Below are positions 45,032-53,686 of a stretch of 64,000 nucleotides of DNA, in pieces; position 1 is the stretch's first letter; each line of letters opens with the position of its first letter. The notes below the pieces were generated by a model, which was not told the origin of the DNA, made no database searches, and saw only the letters and a program-made list of their open reading frames with translations. This DNA comes from an uncultured Acidobacteriaceae bacterium (GTDB lineage: Bacteria; Acidobacteriota; Terriglobia; Terriglobales; Acidobacteriaceae): NCBI GenBank assembly GCA_963799155.1, contig CAWCWB010000017.1:980-64979 (forward strand). The letters run 5' to 3'. The position numbers and the translations under genes were made by a program.

Positions 45032-46041
45032 GCGTGGACCTGTGCAGACCTTGCCGGCGCGTAGCCGTTCGAGCGGAACCAGTCGATGGCGGCGCGCATG
45101 GCCGGGTAGACGGGTAGGAGGCGGAAGCCAAGCTCAGCTTGAGCGCGAGCGCTCGAGGCGTACATCTTCTTGCGGCCCATGCGGACCTCTTCCAGCGTGG
45201 CGCGCGGCTCCTTGCCGCGAATGCGGCCCGTAATCCACTCCTCGAAGAAGGCGTAGGTGACGGCGACGGCGAAGGGAATTTTGACTGTGGGTGAGGGGAT
45301 GCCGGTGATGGCCGACATCTTGTCGAGGATCTGCTTGAGGGTGAGGTTTTCGCCGCCCAGAATGTAGCGCCGGCCGGGCTGGCCTTTGGTGAGAGCGAGC
45401 ACGTGGGCGCGGGCGACTTCGGAGACATCGACAAGATTGAGGCCGGTATCGACATACGCGGGGAATTTGCTGTTGAGGAAGTCGACGAAGATGCGGCCGG
45501 TGGGCGTGGGCTTGCGGTCGTTGGGGCCGATGGGGGTGGTGGGGTTGAGGATGATGACTTGCTGGCCGCCCTCGGCGGCTTTGATGGCTTCCTGCTCGGC
45601 GAGGAACTTGGAACGCTTGTAGTGGCCGACCATGTCGGCGAGCGAGACGGGCGTCTCTTCATTGATGACGATGCCGTCGGTGCGGAAGTGCATCGTTGCC
45701 ACGCTCGACGTGTAGACGAAGCGCTTGACGCCGGCCGCGCGGGCCAGGCGGAGCAGCTCGCGGGTGCCGTCTACGTTGGCGCGGACCATGGCCGCGGGAT
45801 CGGGAACCCAGAGGCGGTAATCGGCGGCGACGTGGACGACGGCATCGCAGCCGGTGAGCGCAGGACGCAGCGAATCGGGCTCGGCCAGGTCGCCGACGTG
45901 CGTCTCGCCGCGGATGCCTTCGAGGTTGGCGAGGTTCGAGGATTTGCGGACCAGCAGGCGCAGATCGGCGCCTTCCGCGGCCAAAGCCTTGGCCACATGA
46001 TGCCCAACGAATCCCGTCGCGCCTGTGACAAAGATCTTCAT
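45028..46041 (-). CDS. hpnA: Hopanoid-associated NAD-dependent sugar epimerase/dehydratase-family protein
   Basis: Reads MKIFVTGATGFVGHHVAKAL..VHVAADYRLWVPDP..YTSSVAT..YKRSKFLAE (YxxxK). Confidence 0.8.
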   Translation of the reverse strand: MKIFVTGATGFVGHHVAKALAAEGADLRLLVRKSSNLANLEGIRGETHVGDLAEPDSLRPALTGCDAVVHVAADYRLWVPDPAAMVRANVDGTRELLRLARAAGVKRFVYTSSVATMHFRTDGIVINEETPVSLADMVGHYKRSKFLAEQEAIKAAEGGQQVIILNPTTPIGPNDRKPTPTGRIFVDFLNSKFPAYVDTGLNLVDVSEVARAHVLALTKGQPGRRYILGGENLTLKQILDKMSAITGIPSPTVKIPFAVAVTYAFFEEWITGRIRGKEPRATLEEVRMGRKKMYASSARAQAELGFRLLPVYPAMRAAIDWFRSNGYAPARSAQVHA

Positions 46042-46303
46042 AGCGGAGTTCGCGGAGTTAGCCGTCCGCCGCGGCGGACGGGTTAGCTGAGTGGGCGGTG
46101 TTCGCGCGCGAGCTTGTTCCATTCTACGGCGGTTCCACGGTCGCTATTGCCATTTTTGAGTCACTTCAAGGTCGCTGCTCCCTGATGGTCGCATCGACTT
46201 GAATGGAGCGGCCTCGGGGCACAGTGACCCTGGAACCGCTATAAGCGCCGCGGCAGGCTTTCGACTCCCAACGGTTAGGGGCGGGCGATGAGCATGGGAC
46301 CAT

Positions 46304-46416
46304 CATGCGAATTTGCATTACTGTATCATGCAGATTTACATTACTCTGTCATGCAGATTTGCATTATTTTGCCTCGCGCTAGTTTTTTCATTCCCATTTC
46401 ATGCAGATATGCATTA
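46304..46416 (+). promoter_or_regulatory. Four iterated palindromic operator-like sites upstream of vapB
   Basis: cATGCgaATTTGCATTA is at 46304, cATGCAGATTTaCATTA at 46327, cATGCAGATTTGCATTA at 46350 and cATGCAGATaTGCATTA at 46400. Spacing is 23, 23 and 50 nt. Each contains ATGCA-N4-TGCAT. Confidence 0.6.
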
Positions 46417-46452
46417 CAATCGCCTTGTTGCGGGAAGTTCGAGGAGAAGCAC

Positions 46453-46704
46453 ATGGCGACACTGACGGTTACGGCGCGGGGGCAGGTTACGTTCCGCAAA
46501 GATGTGCTCAGGCATCTGGGCGTGAAGCCGGGAGAAAAGATCGCTCTGGAGCTGCTACCGGGCGGCAAAGGAATCGTCAGGGCGGCCCGCAAAACCGGCA
46601 GCATCGACGACTTTATCGGATCGCTGGCAGGCAAGACAAAGAAAACAGCGACCGTTGCCGAGATCAAGAGAGCCACAGAACGCGCATGGGCAGGGATACG
46701 ATGA
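46453..46704 (+). CDS. vapB: AbrB/MazE/SpoVT-family antitoxin
   Basis: MATLTVTARGQVTFRKDVLRHLGVKPGEKIALELLPGG. Overlaps vapC by ATGA. Confidence 0.8.
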   Translation: MATLTVTARGQVTFRKDVLRHLGVKPGEKIALELLPGGKGIVRAARKTGSIDDFIGSLAGKTKKTATVAEIKRATERAWAGIR

Positions 46705-47099
46705 AGGTTTCAGTGGACACGAATGTACTGCTGCGCGCTGCCGTCAGGGACCACCCCAAACAGAGCGAACGGGCCCGCGCCATCCTGCGCAGCGCAAGCG
46801 TAATCGCAGTCAGTCTTCCCTGCCTGTGTGAATTTGCCTGGGTGCTCGATCGCGTGTATGGCTTTGAGCGCAGCCAGATTGCCAGCGCGATTGAGACCCT
46901 GTGCAACGGATCAAATGTCGTTGTCGACCCGGAGGCAGTGAACGCAGGGCTCGAGATGCTCCGAGCGGGCGGGGATTTTGCCGACGGCGTGATCGCCTAC
47001 GAGGGTGCGTGGCTGGGCGGGGAGATCTTTGTATCTTTTGATAAGAAGGCTGTGGCCCTGATCGCCAGGCAGAGACAGAAGGCCAAGTTGCTGGCGTGA
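46701..47099 (+). CDS. vapC: PIN-domain ribonuclease toxin
   Basis: MKVSVDTNVLLRAAVRDHP.., with later acidic residues in CEFAWVL and GGDFADGVI. Confidence 0.8.
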   Translation: MKVSVDTNVLLRAAVRDHPKQSERARAILRSASVIAVSLPCLCEFAWVLDRVYGFERSQIASAIETLCNGSNVVVDPEAVNAGLEMLRAGGDFADGVIAYEGAWLGGEIFVSFDKKAVALIARQRQKAKLLA

Positions 47100-47193
47100 T
47101 GGCCGGTTCGGCTTTTCCGGCGCCAGCGCACCGAGGCCATGGAGGCCTCGAAGCTGTTTCATAACTGGCATCACGGCGTTCCGGCGACACGCA

Positions 47194-47260
47194 CAGGGGC
47201 TAAAGCCCTCACATATTGTGCGGCGCTGTCGGCACGACTGAAGTCGTGCCCTGATACAAA
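47194..47260 (+). repeat. Dispersed two-hairpin repeat element (R2)
   Basis: caggggctaaagccctcacatattgtgcggcgctgtcggcacgactgaagtcgtgccctgatacaaa. Confidence 0.75.
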
Positions 47261-47282
47261 GCGGAGTTGTGAAACAGCTTCT

Positions 47283-47317
47283 ACGAATCCCGTCGCGCCT
47301 GTGGCAAAAATCTTCAT
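47283..47317 (-). pseudogene. Orphan copy of the first 35 nt of hpnA (start codon plus 11 codons)
   Basis: acgaatcccgtcgcgcctgtgGcaaaAatcttcat here versus acgaatcccgtcgcgcctgtgAcaaaGatcttcat at 46007-46041 (33/35 identical). Confidence 0.75.
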
Positions 47318-47528
47318 TGGAGAAAAGGCGCTCTTATTCTATATAGCGCAGCGTGGCGCTCTTCGGCGCGTGAAGAGCGAGTCACCGCGCGTGCGAAAAG
47401 CGCGAACCAGCACGCCGGCGCTCTGAGGGTGAGCGGCCGTGGCGAGGTGCAGCGGCGACGTGGACAGGCGATCTGCGCCGCTACGGCGGTTCTCCTGCAA
47501 CTATGTGCCATTTCCGGCGAATTTCAGG

Positions 47529-47555
47529 GTGGCTTTTTCTTGTTGAAAAAGCCAC
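47529..47555. terminator. Perfect 11-bp hairpin downstream of the ExeA-like gene (possible terminator, no clear U-tract)
   Basis: gtggctttttc-ttgtt-gaaaaagccac. Confidence 0.35.
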
Positions 47556-47596
47556 TTAGCGATTGTGCCTTGGTCTACACCTGCAGGAGAACCGCT

Positions 47597-49249
47597 TTAA
47601 GGGGCGAGCTTGGGCAGGGCCGGACGCACATTGGGCGCCGCGGGTGGTTGCGCGGCCACCGGCGCGTTGCCGGCGAGCGCGGGCCGCACCTTGGTGGCCG
47701 CTGCGCCCGCTGGTGTGGCGGCCGTTGAGGCACTTTGCGCGGACGGAGCCTTAGTCTGCTGTGGGGCGACCGGGTTCGAGACCGCACCCGCGGAAGCCGG
47801 CTGTGCCGCTTTGCTCGCCGGTGGCAACGGCACGAGGGGCGGCGTGGGCGCCGAGAGCCTGGGTATGGAGCCATTGCCCTCGAGCGGCTGCAGACTGGGA
47901 GGGGCGGGCCACACGGTGACCGTCGAGGGTTTGGAAGCCAAGGTATTGGCGCGCAGCGGCCTGGGACTGGGAGCAGCGGACCACACGGTGGCTGGCGAGG
48001 GTTTGGGAATTGAGACATTGGCCTGCAACGGCTTGGGACTGGAAGCGGCGGGCTGCGCGGCGGGCGCCGAAGCCGGCGCGGAAACAGGATGGTCCACCGC
48101 GTATCGCAGTTCGAGTGGTGTCGTGCCCGGAGCGGGTTCGGTAGCGGTGGGTTCCGGGGTGTTTGCGGCGGGCGGCGCGGGGACTGACGCCGGCAGGACC
48201 GTCAACTGCATGGGCTGGTCGTCGCGTGCCGCAGGCGGCTGCGGAACCCGGAGTTCGGTGAGCCGGAACAGGCCCAGGAAGCTCATGACCAGGAAGAGCG
48301 CGGCTGCCGGAACCCAGAACATCACGCTGCCGGCGGTTGCTGAAACCAAATGCATCAGCCGCCGCTTGGCCCGCTCCCGATGTTTAGGTTCCCGAGGCGG
48401 CTCCGGCGCAACGTCAACGACGACGGGCTCTCTCGAATGCGGAGTCAATTCGAGGCCGGCAATGACTTTGGCCACCATGCTACTGTCAACCGGTTTGGTG
48501 TTCAGCTTGCGGCACAGGGAAAGCGCGTTAAAGCACAGGTTGTTGATGGTGCGGGGAGTGCCATGGCTGGCCTCGGTGATCAACTTGAGCGCTTTTTCTG
48601 TGAACAGCGGCACGCCAACATAGCCGGCTTGTTTCACACGGTAGTCGATGTACCCGACTGTCTCTTCCGCGGAAAGCGGTTCAATGTGGCAGACCGTTGA
48701 AATGTGCTGGCGAAGTTGCACCAGAGAAGCCTGCTGCAACTTGCCGGAGAGCTGCGGCTGCCCGGATAGGACGATTTGCATCAGCTTGCCTTGCGAAGTT
48801 TCGAAGTTGGTGAGGAGGCGGACTCTCTCCAGCACGGCTTCGGGCAGACTCTGCGCCTCGTCGATCACCACCACGAATTTCCGCCCCGCCCGATTCTCCC
48901 TGATGAGCGCGCTGCTTAACTGCGCGTGCATCTCGGCGCTGCTCTGGCCGGGAGCGATGTCGAGGTCGCGCAGGATGTAGGCGACAAATTCCCGCGGCTC
49001 GCACTGGGCATCGAGATCGAAGAGAAAGACAATGCGTGCGGTGTCACGAATGTCCTCGAGAAATTTGAACAACAGCGTGGTCTTCCCCATTCCCGGGGGG
49101 GCAATCATGGCCGTGAAACCGCGGTTGCTCAAGAAGCCGAAGTGCAGCGCCTCCAGCGCCTGCTGATGGGTTTGGCTGAGATACAAGCAACGCGGATCGG
49201 GAGTGACTGCGAATGGTTCTTCGCGAAAACCGAAGAAGTCCGACAGCAT
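47597..49249 (-). CDS. ExeA/GspA-like AAA ATPase with one TM segment and a long Pro/Ala-rich C-terminal region
   Basis: MLSDFFGFREEPFAVTPDPRCLY.., Walker A APPGMGKTTL, Walker B FVVVIDEAQ, then TM FWVPAAALFLVMSFLGLF. Tandem repeats of roughly 70 bp at about 47870-48050 encode the P-rich tail. Confidence 0.8.
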   Translation of the reverse strand: MLSDFFGFREEPFAVTPDPRCLYLSQTHQQALEALHFGFLSNRGFTAMIAPPGMGKTTLLFKFLEDIRDTARIVFLFDLDAQCEPREFVAYILRDLDIAPGQSSAEMHAQLSSALIRENRAGRKFVVVIDEAQSLPEAVLERVRLLTNFETSQGKLMQIVLSGQPQLSGKLQQASLVQLRQHISTVCHIEPLSAEETVGYIDYRVKQAGYVGVPLFTEKALKLITEASHGTPRTINNLCFNALSLCRKLNTKPVDSSMVAKVIAGLELTPHSREPVVVDVAPEPPREPKHRERAKRRLMHLVSATAGSVMFWVPAAALFLVMSFLGLFRLTELRVPQPPAARDDQPMQLTVLPASVPAPPAANTPEPTATEPAPGTTPLELRYAVDHPVSAPASAPAAQPAASSPKPLQANVSIPKPSPATVWSAAPSPRPLRANTLASKPSTVTVWPAPPSLQPLEGNGSIPRLSAPTPPLVPLPPASKAAQPASAGAVSNPVAPQQTKAPSAQSASTAATPAGAAATKVRPALAGNAPVAAQPPAAPNVRPALPKLAP

Positions 49250-49908
49250 GATGCTAACCTCCGCCCTTCGGCAGCGCAGCGAGCACCTGAGTGCTCCGGG
49301 AGCCGGCAAAAGTGTCCGGCGCGCTGAACGCTGGCTTCATATTATCTGGAATCTCCGGCAACCCTATCGCCTTCGAACCAATACAGTTACCTCCTCTAGC
49401 GATCTTTCCGGCATGGGTTTGAGAGCCAACGCCCTGCGCGTGCCCTGCAGGGCTATAGCCGGGATCGAAAAGCCGAGATCTGCCCCTTTCTGAGGCGAAG
49501 TCATAGATATCGGCGCTCCCTGACGCAGAATCCCGATCGCATGAAGCACTCCAGATGCGGTTTAGAAAGCACGCTGCCCATTGATCCGGAGGTGAAGATG
49601 GCGCGGCGATATACTGGCGGCAAGGCGGAAAGAAGCCGTCAATCCGGTACGATTCCGCGGGCGGACAGGGCTCAGGAGTGCTTTGATCGCGCGCGATAGA
49701 GCAAGAGAGATCACCGGATTAGCCCAGGAAGCAGGGTGTGACTTGCGGGCGGCAGATGGCTCCGCCGGGAGTCGGTTGAGGTCCTACTGCTGAGAAGGGG
49801 GAAAGACAGCCGGGAATGGAGACAGCCGCAGGAGGGCTCGCTCGGTCACAGAGTGAGTTCGATATCCGGCAGCGCCCCGCATCGGCAGCCGGCGGCGCGC
49901 CCGGCAAG

Positions 49909-51393
49909 ATGCGCTGGCGCTGGCCTGAATGGTGCGCGCTATTTGCCTATGCCGCGCTGGTTGCATTTGCTATCCCTTTTCACGAGCCGTTCGCGGATGA
50001 GGCCCAGGCATGGCAGTTAGCGCGAAGCCTTTCTCTTGGCTCGCTCTTCAAAACCTACATTCGTTACGAAGGATCTCCGGGCCTCTGGCATTTCCTGCTC
50101 TGGGTTCTGATTCGCATCCATATCAGCTATACCGGCATCCACTGGATTTCGGGAGGAATCGCCGTAGCGGCCACTGCGCTGCTGATCTTTAAGTCGCCTT
50201 TCCCTCGCTATCTCAAGCTGACATTGCCATTCACGGTCTTTCTGGTTTATCAATATGCGGTTGTGGCGCGTAACTATGTTCTGGCGCCGATTCTGCTCTA
50301 CCTCGTAGCGCTCGGCTGGAAGAGAAGCCCGCTGATCCTTGCGCTGTTGCTCGGCCTGCTGGCGAATGTTTCTCTCCATGCCTCGGTGATGTCGGGAGGG
50401 CTGGCCATCGTATACCTCGTCGAGCAGGTACGCGATGGAAGCGCCAACGACCCTCGCCGCCGGCGTCAACTGCTGCTGGGCGCGGTCATTGTTCTTGCAC
50501 TGTGGGCGTTTGCGATCTGGACAGCCTGGCCGCCGCACGACTTCTCAAATCACTTATCGGCTTGCCTGCGCAGTTCCCCGCTGCTGATCTTACGAGGAGC
50601 TGTGGGATCGCTGGTGTTGGGAATGTTCTACCCCTGGATCCTGTCTGTCGCCTTCTGGGTTGCCATCGTGAACTGCCTTCGCGCGCGACGCAGCCTCCTC
50701 TACCTTTTGCCGGTGGTATTTTTTGCCATCCTGGCCGGGATCGCAGGACTTACCTGGTGGCATGTTGGCCTCCTCATTCCGCTCGTCATCTGCCTTTTTT
50801 GGATTACATGGCCGGCTCCAGGGGGTAAAGTTTCCCAGCCCGAAATCTATGGCCGAACGGCCCTCGTGGCCATGTCCATCATGCAGATTCTCTGGGCGAG
50901 CTATGCCATTGAATTCGACCATTATCACGCGTTCTCTCCCGATCGCGCGACCGCCGAGTTTCTCCGGCCTTATGTCCGGCAAGGAGCGCGCATCGCTGTG
51001 ACCTATGCTTATGACCCGGAAGGTCACGGATTCTTCTCGATTGGGATACTGCCTTATTTTGATCACAATATTTTCATCAACCTGCCGGAACCTTTCTGGT
51101 CATGGAGGAATGGCGATCGGAGCGAGGAAATGTTCACGAAGGTTCTGCCGACCAGACCCGAGGTCGTGGTGGTCGAGCAGAATTCAAATGATCCGGGGCT
51201 CCCGATCAACATGCAGAATCTGAAGATTCGACTGCTGAACCGGGATGGCTATCGATTTACCCATATGTTTTGCGGCGTGATGCCGGTCGGCTTTGAGTTA
51301 GTGGGGAAAAGTTGTCAGTTGATATTTGAACGGAGTGATGGCAGACAGGAACTGCCTGCGACTGCGCCGAGCGCGACTTCGGCGACGAAATGA
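49909..51393 (+). CDS. Polytopic membrane protein, GT-C-like glycosyltransferase fold suspected
   Basis: ORF 49816-51393; likely start MRWRWPEWCALFAYAALVAFAIPFHEPFADEAQAW. It has about 11 TM helices followed by a soluble C-terminal domain. No diagnostic motif verified. Confidence 0.45.
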   Translation: MRWRWPEWCALFAYAALVAFAIPFHEPFADEAQAWQLARSLSLGSLFKTYIRYEGSPGLWHFLLWVLIRIHISYTGIHWISGGIAVAATALLIFKSPFPRYLKLTLPFTVFLVYQYAVVARNYVLAPILLYLVALGWKRSPLILALLLGLLANVSLHASVMSGGLAIVYLVEQVRDGSANDPRRRRQLLLGAVIVLALWAFAIWTAWPPHDFSNHLSACLRSSPLLILRGAVGSLVLGMFYPWILSVAFWVAIVNCLRARRSLLYLLPVVFFAILAGIAGLTWWHVGLLIPLVICLFWITWPAPGGKVSQPEIYGRTALVAMSIMQILWASYAIEFDHYHAFSPDRATAEFLRPYVRQGARIAVTYAYDPEGHGFFSIGILPYFDHNIFINLPEPFWSWRNGDRSEEMFTKVLPTRPEVVVVEQNSNDPGLPINMQNLKIRLLNRDGYRFTHMFCGVMPVGFELVGKSCQLIFERSDGRQELPATAPSATSATK

Positions 51394-51951
51394 ATTGGGT
51401 GGGGCGGGAGATTTCAATTTTCAGAGATTAGGGATCAGGGAAACTGGGCGGCGATTCGGGTGTTGATTGGATTGGAAACGTTCAGCCGGGACAGCTATCT
51501 GGGTGCTAGGGCTTTTGATCGAGACTTGACTGCCCAAGTGTCTGGTTTGCCCGTCATCCGGGAGTAATTGGCCGGAGAGTGCACGGTTCGCCGCTTGGAT
51601 GCGGCTGCCACATCGCACAGGCTCAGTTCATGGTTTGGGGGATTCACCAACGGTGGACCCAGGTTACGGTTTGCTGACGAACTGCCCGGAACCCGAAATT
51701 CGGGCGGAAGCTCAAGCACATCCAAGCTCCTCCTGGAGTTGGCGAGGCCAGCATGTGACCATAATTGGCTGAAATTGGAGTTCCTTGAAATCCTGCTTGA
51801 CAATCACGTGCCCGCGGACTTTCCTTATTCCGTTCGAGATTCACGCTCATTCCGGTCATCCGCGACCGGGCTCCCCCATTTTTACTCACCTGGCTCTGCG
51901 CGCGGAGCACCCGATCGAGCAGTACAGTCTCGACCTCGGAAAGGAGCTACC

Positions 51952-52305
51952 GTGCCAGAACCGAACCAGTCCGGCCTCTCTGATAACGTTGCCGGCGGAC
52001 TTGCCTACGTTACGTTCATCCCGGCGATCATCTTCCTCATCATTGAACCCTTCAACAAGAACACCTACGTGCGCTTCCACTCCTGGCAGTCTATCTTCCT
52101 GGCCATTGCCTGGATTGCAGTCGATGTCGTTCTCCACATTATTGGCAGGCTGCCCTTCCTCGGTCTGATCAATCTAATTCTGTGGCCGGTGGTGGGTCTC
52201 TTATTCTTCATCCTTTGGCTCGTTGTGATGATCAACGCCTTTAACGGTAAGCGTTTCAAGGTGCCGTTCATTGGAGATCTCGCCGAGAAGCAAGCAGGGG
52301 CCTAG
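51952..52305 (+). CDS. DUF4870-like small membrane protein
   Basis: GTG at 51952 preceded by AAGGAG. Reads VPEPNQSGLSDNVAGGLAYVTFIPAIIFLIIEPFNKNTYVRFHSWQSIFLAI... Confidence 0.6.
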   Translation: MPEPNQSGLSDNVAGGLAYVTFIPAIIFLIIEPFNKNTYVRFHSWQSIFLAIAWIAVDVVLHIIGRLPFLGLINLILWPVVGLLFFILWLVVMINAFNGKRFKVPFIGDLAEKQAGA

Positions 52306-52680
52306 CAACTGGATCGTCAGAGGTTGACGACCTGGAGGGTGGCTGGACACCTTGCGTCCTGTTGCGTCTTGTCGGCGCCATTTGCCCCAGCCTGAGCTGT
52401 GCGCCGTCACTTCCGGGTTGGCGACGATGTCGGCGCTATACTTATTCCAACTTAATCCGCGTTTCACTCTCAGTTTCGCTCTGTGGATGAATTCCTTATT
52501 CATCCTCGCCCTGGAGTCAGAGGCGGCATCTTCCGTAACCGCCTCGGTTGCTCGCAAACGGGCAGTCGCGAAAACGGCTCCGGTTCGATCCGCAGGCAAG
52601 CGCCGCATGACTTTCACCGGGCCGGCCCTGTCCGCTGCGGACGCGGCTGCTCTCGCAACACCCGTATGACGCCGATGGCT

Positions 52681-52785
52681 GCCCGCTTTCTCGATCAGGC
52701 AGCCAGTGGGAAGACGGCGCGATGGGTGGTGGCGAAAGTGGAGTTCATGCCGGGGAGTCGTTTCCCCGGGCGGGTTTCATCGTGA
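52681..52785 (+). pseudogene. Short relic resembling an internal segment of a DDE transposase (IS4/IS1380-like group)
   Basis: RWVVAKVEFMPGSRFPGRVSS resembles the recurrent RRVVAKVEWHPGELFPRVGFIVT segment of that transposase group, from memory only. Confidence 0.3.
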
Positions 52786-52833
52786 CTCGCCTGAAGCGTT
52801 CAAGGTCGGAGATTCCGACCAGGAGGAGCTACC

Positions 52834-53445
52834 ATGCATAAACTTGTGTGCCGCGTATTCTTCGTAATCGTTGCCACGTTGGGGATTGCGGCAAGCGTGC
52901 CGGACGGTTCGGCCCAGGCCAATCAAAGTCAACAGCTTCCACCGGAAATCCTTGCTCTGGTTCCAGACGGGGCCCAAATCACTACTCAGAGCTTTAGCGT
53001 GAACATGGTCAATGCGCAGGTCGAGTTTGTTGCCGAGAGGAAAAGCGGTTTGCGGAGCCAGGTAATGACTCACTACCACTTCATCTTCACCTCCTACGAC
53101 GGAAATAGCCAAATGTGGAAGATGATTGCGCCGGGCAGTCGAGAGGAGGTTGAAACTGACAGCAAGAGAGCAGCGCAAAGTATGGCTACAACCATTGACG
53201 AGATGATTAGCCAACCGGAAGTAACTCAGTATCCCTGGGGGAAAGGGGTGACCCAGCGGAGACGGTTTTATGGAGAAGGGGCGCCGGATTTCTATTCATA
53301 CCATTGTCTTTACTTCGGCGTGGCAGGAAGCACGGTGTTTCAACTGGAAGTGGAAGAGATACCAGATCGTGCGGATGCGGATAAGTGGGCGATGAAAGTC
53401 GCTGATGTCGCCGGCAAGACGAGTCGTACGAGTTTGAGTAAGTAG
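52834..53445 (+). CDS. Hypothetical secreted protein
   Basis: Signal peptide MHKLVCRVFFVIVATLGIAASVPDGSAQA, SD GGAGGAG upstream, lower-GC region. Confidence 0.55.
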   Translation: MHKLVCRVFFVIVATLGIAASVPDGSAQANQSQQLPPEILALVPDGAQITTQSFSVNMVNAQVEFVAERKSGLRSQVMTHYHFIFTSYDGNSQMWKMIAPGSREEVETDSKRAAQSMATTIDEMISQPEVTQYPWGKGVTQRRRFYGEGAPDFYSYHCLYFGVAGSTVFQLEVEEIPDRADADKWAMKVADVAGKTSRTSLSK

Positions 53446-53686
53446 TTGGGTGCCTCTCTTGAAGAAGCGTCGTTGCGACGGCCGCTGTGGATCTTCGCAT
53501 CGCCGGAGCGGGCAGCCAAGGATCAATGCTGTTCTGTCCTTGCGTTCTTCGCTTGAGGGGAAAGGCATAGCTTGCGGGAGTAGCTTCACAGGAATCTTGT
53601 GCGGAAAGGGCTGGTGAGGCGGCCGCAAGATGGGTAGTGGTCGAGTTACAACAATCTTGCCTTGGACAAGGCGAGGAGGTAGGTTC

